From assembly GCF_008831285.2 (NCBI RefSeq), contig NC_045138.2, forward strand, positions 39,246,001 through 39,310,000: DNA of 64,000 nucleotides. Direction: 5' to 3'. Under the pieces are notes generated by a model. It worked only from the letters and a program-made list of their open reading frames with translations, was not told where the DNA came from and ran no database searches. A program made the position numbers and the translations under genes. Shown piece by piece: positions 52,226-64,000 of this stretch (positions are counted from its first letter, which is position 1; each line of letters opens with the position of its first letter). Origin of the DNA: Nymphaea colorata. Taxonomy: Eukaryota.

Positions 52226-55200
52226 ATGCTGCTCTGCGGCGGAACCCAGGAGATAGCGTCCGTGGGCGTTCTCCAACTCTTCTTTCTCCACAAGCCGCCG
52301 CCACCGCCGTCGACCGCCACCATCTCCTTCTCTATCGCTTCCGCCCTTATGCTGAGGTCTAGGGTTTTGGGTGCCTTCTCTTCCCTCAAGACTACCACGC
52401 CTTTCACTCGCTTCTCCCCACTGTTCTCTCACTCCCCAAAGGTTCCTCTTCCTCCTCCTCGTGTGGGCATTCACCACCAGCCTTCTTCCAAGACGACCCA
52501 ACTCACGTCTCAGCGCCAGCTGCCCCACAGTCCGCTTCCCGCCTCTTCCGTCGAGTTGCATGACCAGAGGACCAGCGAGGATGATGTCGAGGAGAAGTTC
52601 GTTGGGGCAGGCACATGGGGTTCTGATAGGGAGTTTCGCACGCCCACAGGCCCGTTATTGGAGGTGAGGGATCTGGAGGAGCTTCCTGAGCAATGGAAGC
52701 GTTCGAAAGTTGCCTGGCTGTGCAAGATTTTGCCTTCTCATAAACCTGCGACGCTCATCAGACTACTTAATTCTCAACGGAAGTGGATGGCCCAAGAGGA
52801 AGCTAAGTATATCATCGTTCATTTCTTGAGGATTCGGGAGAACGATGCGAGTTTCCGGGTTCGTTTCTTCTTTTCCTTCTATGCTTTTGAGCTTCCTGTT
52901 TATTTGTTTGGCTTAGAAGGTGTGAGTTTAGCTAATTCTTTCAATCTGAATTTTTTTGGCTCTTAGAATATAAGTTGCTTTTGGTGTTGGTATTATCGGC
53001 CACCAAGTTGAGTTTAACACGTTCAACGTTTAGTACATCTTTTTAGTTCCTTGGTTTCTGTTTTTAGTTCCTCCTTTTCTGTCTTTGCTTAATTTTATCT
53101 TGTAGAGCACGGTCGTAGGTTGAAATATATAGTAGTTCAAGTTTCAATGTTTTTAGTTTTGAACCTTAGCTAGGGTGAGTTTCAAAAAAATGGCAGTTTT
53201 GGTACATGGGATTAACAAATGAGATTTTCCTACAAAGGTTTAAAAGTTACGAACCAAAATATAGGAACTGAGGTGAAGGAGAAACACCGAAAAGATGTGA
53301 AAGCCTTCCAGAAGCTAGGGAGACAAAGTAAGATATGGGGTACGTTTAATGCTACCTTTGACAACGATACAAAGTCTACCAATCAAATTGAAGACCTTTA
53401 GTCTTTAAGCCATGTTTGCGTGCAATATTGAAGCAAGTAATGGCATCATTGAAGAAAAAAGAGTTACTATATGATGTGCATGCCTTAAAAAGTTTTTCTT
53501 GTAAAAAACTTGCTTATTTGTATATGTCTAAACTAGGAATTTTCTCTTATTTCTTCTTAAAATTCTAAAAGCTTTTGCATAAGTTTGCACTTTGTAGAGG
53601 TATGCTATACCATTTAATAAAGAGAAGATCCATTGCAATTTCTGCAGGTGTATAAGTGGATGGTCCAACAACGTTGGTTTCAATTTGATTTTGCGCTGGC
53701 TACTAATCTAGCAGATCACCTGGGCAAGGAGCGTAAATATTCAAAGTGTCGAGAGTTGTTTGATGACATTGTAAATCGTGGGCAGGTGCCTTGTGAATCA
53801 ACGTTTCATATATTAATTATTGCCTATATTGGAGCGGATTCCCATGGTTGCTTGGAAGAAGCTTGTGTGATATATAACAGAATGATTCAGCTAGGAGGTT
53901 ATCGTCCTAGCCTTAGTTTGCATAATGCTCTGTTCAGGGCCCTCGTGAGCAAACCAGGGGGGACATCAAAATACTATCTGAAGCAAGCAGAATTTATTTA
54001 TCATAATCTGGAATCAAGTAAACTCGAGATACAAGGGGATATATATGCAGGTCTAATTTGGCTGCACAGTTATCAGGACAACATCGATAAAGAAAGGGTT
54101 GCAGAGCTTAGGAGAGAAATGCAGCAAGCAGGGTTGGAGGAAAGTCGAGATGTGCTTGTCTCCATCTTGAGGATTTGTTCCAAAGAAGGAGATGTTGATG
54201 AAGCTGAAAGGATCTGGAAGAAGCTACTTAATGCTGATTTTAGTATTCCTTCTCAAGCTTTTGTTTATAGAATGGAACTCTTTGCCAAATTAGGGGAGCC
54301 TATGAAATCTTTGGAGGAATTCAGGAGGATACAAGAACATGGAGTGCCCAACAGCATTGTGGCATATCATAAAATCATTGAGGTAATGTCGAAAGCCCAA
54401 GAGGCTGAAATTGCAGAAACAATTATGGATGAATTCAGGAAGAATGAGATGAAGCCTCTGTTGCCAGCTTACGTTGACTTGATGAATATGTATCTGGATC
54501 TGAGTATGCATGATAAAGTAGAATCTGCCTTTGTACAATGTAGCACTGAATGTCGTCCAAACAGAACTGTTTATAATGTCTACTTGGAGTCGCTGGTGCA
54601 AACCAATAATCTTGAAAAAGCTGAGGAGGTTTTCATTCAAATGCAGACTAATGGCGCACTTGGTGCCAACGATAGTGCATGCAACATTATCTTACAGGCA
54701 TATTTGGATTCTGGTCAGCATGAGAAGGCAGAACAAATTTATGATCTGATGTGCCGGAAAAAATATGAGATCAAGCCTTCGCTGATCGATAAGCTTGACT
54801 ATATGCTGAGCTCAAGGAAGAAGGTCGTAAAGAAACCAATAAGGCTAAAGCTTGAGAAAGAACAACGTGAAGTATTGATTGGCTTACTTTTAGGCGGTGC
54901 TGAAATGGAAATGATTGAACAAAGGAATCATTTGTTCCACTTTGAGTTCAAAGAGAATTCCTTTGTTCATGGTATGTTGAAGATGCATATCCAGGAGAAA
55001 TTTTTTGAGTGGTTGGACTGTTATAGCCGACAGAGCAATGGAATTGAAGAGATCCCATATGGGCTTAGCACAATTCCGCATTCATCTTTTGGGTTCTTTG
55101 CTGATCAATTCTGGCCAAAGGGTCGGCCGATGATCCCAAAACTTATTCATCGATGGCTCTCTCCTCGTGTGCTGGCTTACTGGTATATGTATGGAGGCCA

Positions 55201-55495
55201 TAAGAGCTCAAAAGGGGATGTCTTGCTCAGAATAAAGGGCACTTTAGAGGATGTGGAGCGGCTGGTCAAGGCATTGAAAATGAAGTCCATTGATTGCAAG
55301 GTTAAGAGGAAAGGCAAAACATTTTGGCTCGGTTGTCAAAATAGCAACGCGATATGGTTCTGGAAGCTGGTGGAACCTTATATCTTGCCAGATTTAAAAG
55401 GTATTCTAAATCCTGAATTTCACGGCTCTGTAGATGAGGAGACATCAGGAGGGGGCTATAGTGGATCTGATACAGATTCTGGATTGGATGTTTAG
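52226..55495 (+). CDS. OTP51: OTP51-like PPR protein with C-terminal LAGLIDADG-type domain (plastid group II intron splicing factor)
   Basis: Two exons, 52226 (or 52349)-52858 and 53648-55495, with a GT-AG intron in phase 0. Motifs: [51 protein letters not shown]-type PPRs, LAGLIDADG-like [43 protein letters not shown]. Ser/Pro/Thr-rich transit-peptide-like N-terminus. Start codon uncertain. Confidence 0.93.
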
Positions 55496-57127
55496 CAATG
55501 AAATTTTTGATTCATTAGTGCGATGAGTATTATTTCATACTGGAAATGGTACGAACATGAAATAATCGGGTCTGGAACATTATAACCTCCTCCGTGGACG
55601 TCATCTCCAAAGAACCTCAAGGCAGTGGTGTCTTCATTACGAAACTTAGTATTAAAAAACAGCCTTGATTACCTGTTTATACTTTCGTGAATCTGTACAA
55701 TTTGTAAGATAAAATTATTCTCTGTCCTTTTTGCCACCAACCCCCCAGAGGCAAGGACGCAATGAAAATTGCCTAATTTGTTGTAACCAATTTTGTACAA
55801 TCTTGGTACCTGCTACTAGACAGATTTTAGTTTTTATACAATAAGAAAAGATAGTGCAACAAGGTTTACATCGTGGTTTAGTATCTGCTGCTGTTCTGTC
55901 TTGACATATCAACATAAGCAAAGGAATATGCTATGCTAATTGTTAAATTGAGAACCAAAAGCAAAAGTTCAACGAAAACAGAGTAGGGAATCTTTTTTTT
56001 CTAACTTCGTAACAGCAAAGAACAAGCCACATGAAATGATTGCTGCCTGATGGCGTCTGCGCTGTCTGAAATCTTCGTGGCTTGTAGAAATGTGATTGCT
56101 TCTTTTTAGTGCAAGTGCCCGAACAGAGAGTAGCAGGTTCTGGTTATTGGTTTGCATTATGGGAAAGTATGTAATGGTACATGCTATTGCAACCTGAACG
56201 ATCAAATCATGATTCTGCATATGACGGTCTGACTGTCGATGGAACCGAATTATGTACGCTGGTGCATGAACAACACCGCGCCTCATTTGATCCAAAGGCT
56301 GTATAAGGTGGAACTGGAGTTCCCGCAAATATATCGGCCATTTTACACCCCCAAGTTGAAAGCATATGCCTGTCTGATCTACCATCAAGCCGCATTCTTT
56401 CAGGTTCAGCGTGTTGAACAGAACGACCTGTAGCTCGTCATACAGAACGTAATCTATTTTCTTATACCAAACGAGATCTCTTCTGGCCTCGGGCTGAAAT
56501 GACTGACTCATTCGCTAGAGAAAGTCGAAACAGTTTGACGAAAAATGAAGGGTTGGATTTAGACAGACGATAGGCACTAACTCCAAGTGGATAAACCAAT
56601 AGTCCCACTTTACAGACTACTCGGCAGCCACTTTGTATACTCAAGAACCTTTCATCTGTATTCTTTAGCAATCTGACCTTGCAAGTGTCTTCCCATAAAG
56701 AAAAACTGGAAAAACAACGGCATATACCAGAGACCATAGTAAAGTCGCACATGGCAAATAGTTCCACCCTTAAATCCTATTTCCCGTAAGACCACAAACA
56801 GCAATCAAAAAGTGAAGCTACTGAATGCAACTGATATCGACGAAATGCGCAAGTATAAAATTTTAATAACTTAGTTTTCATGCGCACATGCATGAACAAG
56901 TTTTAAAAAGTTGACGCCGATATTTAGACAAAACTTGAAACTTAGGCAGGAGTCAACTTTGAAATGGTGAACCAGACTCCTAGCCCCCGTTCAATTAAAT
57001 GAGAGAGTACCAAAACATTATCAGAGATGCCACCAACGAGAAAAGGTACTACAATTATATATTAATGCCATCAAAAAAGTCCCTTTTGGGTAATGTATAG
57101 AGGAAAAAACATCAAATGGTATTCTAA

Positions 57128-60100
57128 TCAACGATCATAAGGACCCATCCAAGACATATGTGGCTGAGAGTTCTGAACTGGCAACCGCAACATGGTAGCA
57201 CCAATGTCAGCTTGTATAGCACCTGGTACCGCATACACTTGATTGTGCACAGGCACAGGCAAGTTCGCAGGGATGTTCATGTTTGCAGGGATGTTCATGT
57301 TTGCAGGGATATGTGCAGGCAGCGGCACCATTGAAGCTTGTCCACCCATATCCCAATTCCCAACAGAACTAGGACCCATTCCTCTTTCAGAACTAGGAGC
57401 AAAACCGTAGTTGGGAAGCTGAGAGGCTGTCATCCCAATTGGGGAGACTGGTTGCTGCCCGAGAATGGAAGGTTGTGTCTGAACTACGGTAGCACTGTGG
57501 TTCGTGTAGTCCCTGCTTTTGTCATTGTTTGCCTAGCAAATCAACATTGTTTCTTTCATAAGCCCATGTGAGAGGTCAATAGTCATTTCTTTTGGTGGAT
57601 AAGGTTTTCGGGAATGGGATTCAGGTGCGAATAATACCTTCACATTGAGATCGGTATGCCGAGAATATGTAAGATGAAGCTTGCAATATCCTCCATCATA
57701 GATACAGTGACCTTCTAATGCTTCCTTGGCAACACTAGCCGTCTGCACATCTGTCGAAATGAAAATGCAGCAGTTTGTTCAAGGATTCCCAGAGATCTAA
57801 TTTACAATGAAGAAATGCACAGGCAAGCCACTGAATATACATATATATTGACTTATGCAAGTTCTTCATAATGGAAATTTTACACCAGAACCAGCAGTAT
57901 TTACCATATCAAAGAGCCCCTAAAATGTGCAAAACTATACAGAAATTTTTGTAAAAAAAAAAATGTGTATAACCAAATAAAAAAAATATAAAAGACTAAC
58001 CATCATTTGATTTTTGATAAAATATTAAGTAATTTTAAAATCTTTCCAAACAAATGAAAACGTAAAATTAATATTTATTGAGCAACACAAACTAAAAGAG
58101 AAATAGGCAAAGTCAGAACTCAGAATATATGTAATAAAGCAAAACACAAACTGGAAGACTATGAGTAATCCAGTAGATATTCCATTGAACTGTAACCTTG
58201 TACATAATTTCTTCATAGAATTGTGAATTTAGACTTTACAGCAAGGAAACTCTTTAAGGACAGGTTGAAATTTAGAATTATAAATACTTTTTTATCCTAT
58301 ACCTCAACTATTTCAGAATTTGAAATTATACATTACCTTTTTCTGCTTGACAAGTTTTGAGGCCTCTGTTTGTCAGGACCCTCATAATTCTCAAAAAACG
58401 CGCCTTTTTAAGCCTCTCATATTTATAAACATACTCACCATAGTCATCAATAGACTTCAACAGAACAGTGTAGTAAAAGTCCAAAGTCCAAATGGAACAT
58501 TTTTACTAAGAAACAGGAACAGATAAAATTGGTAGCACTAACAGTACACTACTACCCAGAGAAAGGGTTAATATGTACCTGGATATTGAATTAATGCTTG
58601 CCACCCACCATTCTTCTCAAACATTGCAATTTTTAGAACCATCCCAAATGCAGAGAACACCTAAAACATCAGGCCAAATAGGAAGAGAGCTGTAAGTAAG
58701 AGAAGTCATGTGATCTTAAAACCAGGTGAAATTATATAGTACCGTATGCAAAACATCAGCAGTTACTGCATACTGCATGTTCTCTATAGATGCAAGGAGA
58801 ACATTGCTCTCTGCTTCCTGTCTTTTTCCATCAGGCCCAACGATAAACTGCATAAACATATGAAACTCATATTACACGACCACAAACTAGGTAACAAAGT
58901 ATGCTTAACATATGTATATGCACACACATAGAGAGGGAGAGAGGAAGAGACAGAAAGAACAACGTTTCTGATGTCCAGTACTTATAGCTGTCTGGCACCG
59001 GCTTATCCTGGCTGTGTATCACATATCTGACCACATGGTCAGATATCCAAAGCTATATACCTGAGGAAAATCACCAGAGTCCAATGTATAGATCGGATTT
59101 TACAACATAGCCATTCTGAACAGTTGATTTAATGATTTTATAAAATTTGATCTACATTTTGAATTTCGGCAATTTTCCTTTTGAATAGATAGTTTTAGAC
59201 ATTTTGACCATACAGATGCAGTCAGACATGATAAAAGCACCTGGGGTCCAGTGATGAAGCCAGGCAGCTATCAATCATTAAACAAATTGGATGTCTTCAT
59301 CAGTGGATTTTATATAATATAGACACGTTTTTTTTGAAGTCTTACCTGAGCATTGGCATCAATTGCAGAGGGAGCAACAGGAAGGTAAGGATTGGTGTAG
59401 TCCCTGTGCATGAAGATACATACGACCATAAGAAAGAGTTTTGTAAAAAAAATTTAAAAAAAAAATTTTTTTAAAAAAAAAACTTCAGATATACAGTCAG
59501 ACTACTTATTGCATGGAAAGTAAAATGCAAGTTTTGTACGGCATCACAGTAGCTAAGACATCCACGGTTGACAACTTAATAGTTTGTATATTTGGTGAAA
59601 GAAGCAAAAGGCAAGAGACAGGAACAAAACAAAAAGGAAGCTGAACCGGAAAGAATTGAGAAAGAAGGAAAGGAAAAGAAAAGGGTCATTTGGATAACTC
59701 AAATTTCTCGATATTAGTGTTTAAAAGCTTAGTGTACTAAATTCCAACAGGAATGTCTTTCGCAAAGCCTAACAGAAAAAAGATTACTGGAAACCTGTAC
59801 ACTCGTACCCTTCCTCTGTTGACAAATCTAAGAATTCCATATTCGGTTAGAAATTGAAGGTAGCACTGACAGTCCAGGCAAAAACAGAACTATGCTAGCA
59901 GAAACAATGCACATATAACTCTTTTCAATAAGACTCGAGTTACAACAGAGTTCATACTACATATGAAGCACATGCACTTTTAGTCATAATAACCAGTATA
60001 AATTTACAAATTTTATGAAATTTTGAGATCAAAACCTTCATCTCTATGATTGTCAACATTCAACTTTTATGTACTTTAAAGTTTAAAAGAGAAAACAATA

Positions 60101-61564
60101 TTTCATATTGCAAACTTCCACAAGAATTAGAAGTATATTCCCAATAAGTCAAAACCTAAAACCCGAAGTCATGATTTTCATAATTATCATATTGTATTTG
60201 TTACCCCACCCATGTCGTTGTGCTGTCTTTGTGACGTAACATGAGGAATAGTCAAACAAAAGCTGAAAATACATAACACATTCACAAAAGAAGCTCTGAG
60301 AATGAAATATATCTTTGAAGGTAAATGAGTACTATAAGATATAACATTCACAATGTTACTTTAGTCAACATTACCATGTCTAGAGAAGGTAGGTGCAAGC
60401 AAATCAAGAAGTATGAAATATGAGTTATCAAACAAAAATGCAGGGTGCTGCTCAGGATGTACCAGTATACTAATTTGTTAATTGACTGTCCTGGTATGAC
60501 AATTGACAACCACTGCCTAAAAATGTCCATCTCAATGAAAGAATAAACCATCTGAAGCAAATTTTGCATAGAATCTTCTCTAATGCAAAGATAGGGTGGA
60601 TACTGAAATGAGCAGGGCCACCCCTGTTAGAAGCAAACACTGCCCAACAGGCTTGGACCGAGGCTGGTTACACTAAGGCTCGTCAGAGCCTTCATTCTTT
60701 GCCCATTACACCAGGCCAAGTCAGGCTCATCCAAAAGCTAGACCTGATATGTACATTAAGAAGCAGCAAGACCCAGCCCATCCAGGTCAGTACCAAGGTC
60801 CGTCAAGTTACAGGAGGAAAAGGTTCCCATCATATACTCAAAGTCTCAAAGCAACAAACAAAGGAAAATATTGCCATGCCTTTGACCAGAACAAAGACAA
60901 AGTGGATATAAAAAAGAATGTTGTATTGCTTTAGCCTTCTCTGTCATAAACAATAAGACCAGGCGCATAATACCAGCAGCAATCTCAAAGGCAAATAGTG
61001 AAGTACATATTGAAGAAAGAAAGTGATAACTCAACACAACAATCTAAGGGTATATGCTAGTGTTCCTAAATGAAATATTTAAGAACTTAGAAGGAACAAT
61101 AATAGATTGGTTTTGTGGTCGCACCTGCTTCGATGACTTTGAAACTTAACATTCAAGTCGGTATGAGCAGAAAAATTAATTTTGAGGTTGCATGTCCCCA
61201 TATGTTCTGGAAGCAAATATCTGGAAAAGAAGACAACATTAAACATCAAAAACCTGCTATAATCCAGAGAATACCTTAAAGGCTTAAACTCTACACAGAC
61301 AAATAGGAATGAAACATTACCTCGGAATACTTCTTCCATCCAATGCATTTTTTGCAGAAGTTGCAGTTTCAGTGTTGGAGAATTGGATTAAAGCCTGGAG
61401 ATATTAAACAAATAAATTAGAGGCATGAGAGGGTCCTCAAATAACTCTTCTGCATGAGCTACTCCTCAAATGCTTATACAAACATGCCAATGTTTTATCA
61501 CCTGGAAACCAGCTGTCTTCTCAAAAGTTGCAATTTTGTGCACAAAACCAAAGGCTGAAAAGAC
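57128..61564 (-). CDS. PTB: Polypyrimidine tract-binding protein homolog (plant PTB1/PTB2 family), 5'-partial; first exons lie beyond 64000
   Basis: Minus-strand exons 61564-61502, 61394-61321, 61220-61125, 59403-59346, 58847-58743, 58660-58579, 57750-57638, 57532-57128 (996 nt, GT-AG introns, frame preserved). RRM motifs: VFSAFGFVHKIATFEKTAGFQALIQF, LDGRSIPRYLLPEH, SAHTDLNVKFQSHRSRDYTNP, SNVLLASIENMQYAVT, ALEGHCIYDGGYCKLHLTYSRHTDL. Confidence 0.95.
57265..57320 (-). repeat. 18-nt coding tandem repeat in the PTB C-terminal exon
   Basis: GCAGGGATGTTCATGTTT repeated on the + strand, encoding HIPANM-NIPANM-NIPANL. Confidence 0.85.
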
Positions 61565-61839
61565 CTGCATTTTTGCCAAAATGGATGTCAGGCATTTGAA
61601 TCCAATGATCCACAGGGGAGGAAAGGGACGAAAATTTGTCAACGGTGCATGAAGCTTCTACAACAGAACCAAGAAAGATGATAAAAGAAGATTCCTAAAG
61701 TGGCTTCTATGTCAAAGTAGAACACATTGCTAGTTCATGGTTTGAAATTTATCTGTATATCCTCACAAACTAATAAGAAATGATTGGGTGGCAAATGTCA
61801 TAACTTTCTTTGTGTTCTCAATTATTTTGAAGGTTGAAC

Positions 61840-62413
61840 ACAGCGTTCACTAACCGGGTCAAGATTTGACTCAATCGAGAATCAGTTGACTCGACTGACA
61901 CAACTGAGTCAAGCACAATGAGTTTTAGATAAAAAATAAATTAATAATAAAGAATAATTGTGACTCAGTTTTTTTTTTCCTTGAATCAAAATGGAAAGGC
62001 CAAAAAAAGGGAGGAGGATGCTGAATTTGTTGGTTCTCTCTCTTATTTTCTCTCTCTCTTTCGCAATATGTACATAAAGGTTGGATCATTTGTTGTGGGG
62101 TTTTTGCCTTTTCGACAATGCCTAAGCTCAAAACCCCAAACCACCCTGGCTCTTGATCTCTCTCTCTCTATTTCTCTCATGCCCCAAAGGTGGTCAATCG
62201 TGCCATCGATAACCACCCAACAAGGAAGAGAACATACTTTTTTTTTCCATTTTAGTAGATTCACCAAGTCGTTAAGCGTTGAATAGTTAATTAGATCATT
62301 TGGAGAAAACCTAGAAGAAAGATATAGTCATGATCGAGTGTTCGAGTCAACCCACTAACTAGCTGACCCAGTTGGCTGCTGATACGAGTCTGACTCCCAA
62401 GTTTGCCAACTAT
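61840..62413. mobile_element. Degenerate hAT-like non-autonomous element in PTB intron
   Basis: TTGACTC/GAGTCAA subterminal motif clusters at 61860-61915 and 62330-62395. The right end reads TTGCCAACTATG. No matching TSD found. Confidence 0.35.
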
Positions 62414-64000
62414 GCCTATATGTACTTTCTTTTAATCAAGAAAAAGGTGGAGAACGACTTTCAAAGGTAGATTCAAAAGCCATGTCCTTATCGTGATATG
62501 TGTATTTTTATTAGCAAGCTCTAGGGAAATTTGACTTTTTCATGCTTTCTATCACTTCTTAGAGCCAAACATATTCCACACAAAAGTGTGAAAAAAAACT
62601 AACAGAGGAATAGTACATTGTGGAGGCGCTATTTGGCATTGAATTGGCACAAAGGATTTGGAAGCTCAGGATTGCTAAAGTCTAAACCCATTGGTAGCTG
62701 GTAGTTGTCAACCTACAAAAATTGGCAACTCATACCAGCTGCCAGCTCCCAAAAAGCATTCATGGTTAATGGAAACTAATAATCCTCACCTTCATACTAA
62801 TCAATCGTAGTTCAGATACTGTTGTCAAATGCCAAATTATGTAAAAATAAGGTCAATTCAATCACCTTTATCATGATTCGATATCCTGCAAATTTTTGCA
62901 ACAAAAAATAAAGAAGGATGAAAGCTTAAACACATAAATAACATGCACCTGAGTTGGTATGCTGGACATAGAACTGCTAGGAAAGGGGGTTTTGGATTAT
63001 GTTTAGTAAGTTCTAGGCCAACCCAAATTTTCTTTTAAAACATGGCAATCCTAAATCCCCCATTTTTCTTCTTCCTCCAAGCATTTTCTTCTCTAATCTG
63101 CCATAAGAATCCCTCCACCGTGAGGGCCTCATGCCAGTTGCCACCTGTCCTAACCTCCAACAACTACGACTCACTCCAGAAACAGTCTGAAGTTTCCAGC
63201 AATTAGTGGCAACCTAGAGGTACACAGAATTTTATGCTTAGTATGAAATTTTTTTCCAAACAAATCAGCATTTTAACAAGTTCTTTTCTGCTGTTTTGCC
63301 TACTTGAGCTTTAAACTCTTTCTTTATTTTTCTTGTTGAGATATATGGTTCTCTTGTTTTAGATCCTAAATCCTTTATTTATTTTTTCTTCTGTTTCTTC
63401 TTTTATCAAACCCATTTTTCTTATTTTTTGTTTTTGAAATATACTGCTGTGTTTCTATCTATTTTAATGTTTTGATCCGTACCCATTTATTCTGTGTTTC
63501 AAACTCTCTATTAGAATGTGTAAGACATGCCCAATACATTCAGTCACCTATTAGCATCTTGGATAACTGATTCTTCACTTATTTCTTATTTAGTCTTATT
63601 TTACAACCCTCAAGAACTTTTCTCCAGCCATGGTCTAGCGTTCTCGTTTCTTAATCTTGAATACAAATCCATAAATATTTAGTATTTTGCTGAGTCATGT
63701 CTCAAAATAACATGTTCAAATTTCAATCATATTTTGAAGTAACATGCTCAGTCATGTTTTAGCGTTACTCACAATTGCTATTCAATGACATTTAGCATTT
63801 CAGATACAGTTGTTTTCTATCCAGTCATGTTTTATCATATTGAAGAATTTGATTCTTTTCATTTTTCTGCTAGGCCATGGCAGATGAGGTGGAGAAGCTA
63901 GGACCATGGTGACCATTTTGTTATGTACTATGAACAATTCCTTTATCCTATAATTGCAACTAATTATGTAGAAGCACAAACCTATAAAATATTTTGCTTG

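Noticed and set aside
42820..61564. Apparent RNA-processing cluster (DYW-PPR, OTP51, PTB), and the PLIP-PYL ABA-related neighbourhood
   Set aside because: PPR genes are very abundant in plants, the products act in different compartments, and nothing in the sequence indicates co-regulation. Likely coincidental.

Overview
Eukaryotic, angiosperm-type nuclear DNA: GT-AG introns, CT/GA/AT microsatellites and plant-specific gene families. The species cannot be established from the sequence alone. Seven protein-coding genes can be built by hand with frame-consistent splice sites. (1) A 5'-truncated PLIP-type class-3 lipase (+, <1-4082). (2) A PYL8/9-type ABA receptor (+, 21336-23980). (3) A GH28 polygalacturonase-like gene (+, 37903-42284). 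(4) An intronless PLS-E-DYW PPR gene (-, 42820-45765). (5) An intronless gene for a secreted His/Asp-rich protein of unknown function (-, 46892-47659). (6) An OTP51-like PPR/LAGLIDADG gene (+, ~52226-55495). (7) A 5'-truncated PTB1/2-family splicing factor (-, 57128->61564). Intergenic and intronic DNA holds a clean non-autonomous hAT element with an 8-bp TSD, Tourist-like MITEs, decayed LINE and Copia fragments, tandem duplications and a probable LEUNIG/LUH-like pseudogene remnant. I recognised no rRNA, tRNA, CRISPR array or conserved miRNA. The best novelty candidate is the His/Asp-rich secreted protein. The LUG-like remnant and a possible relic or alternative PTB terminal exon come next. 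All homology calls are from memory of motifs, not from database searches.
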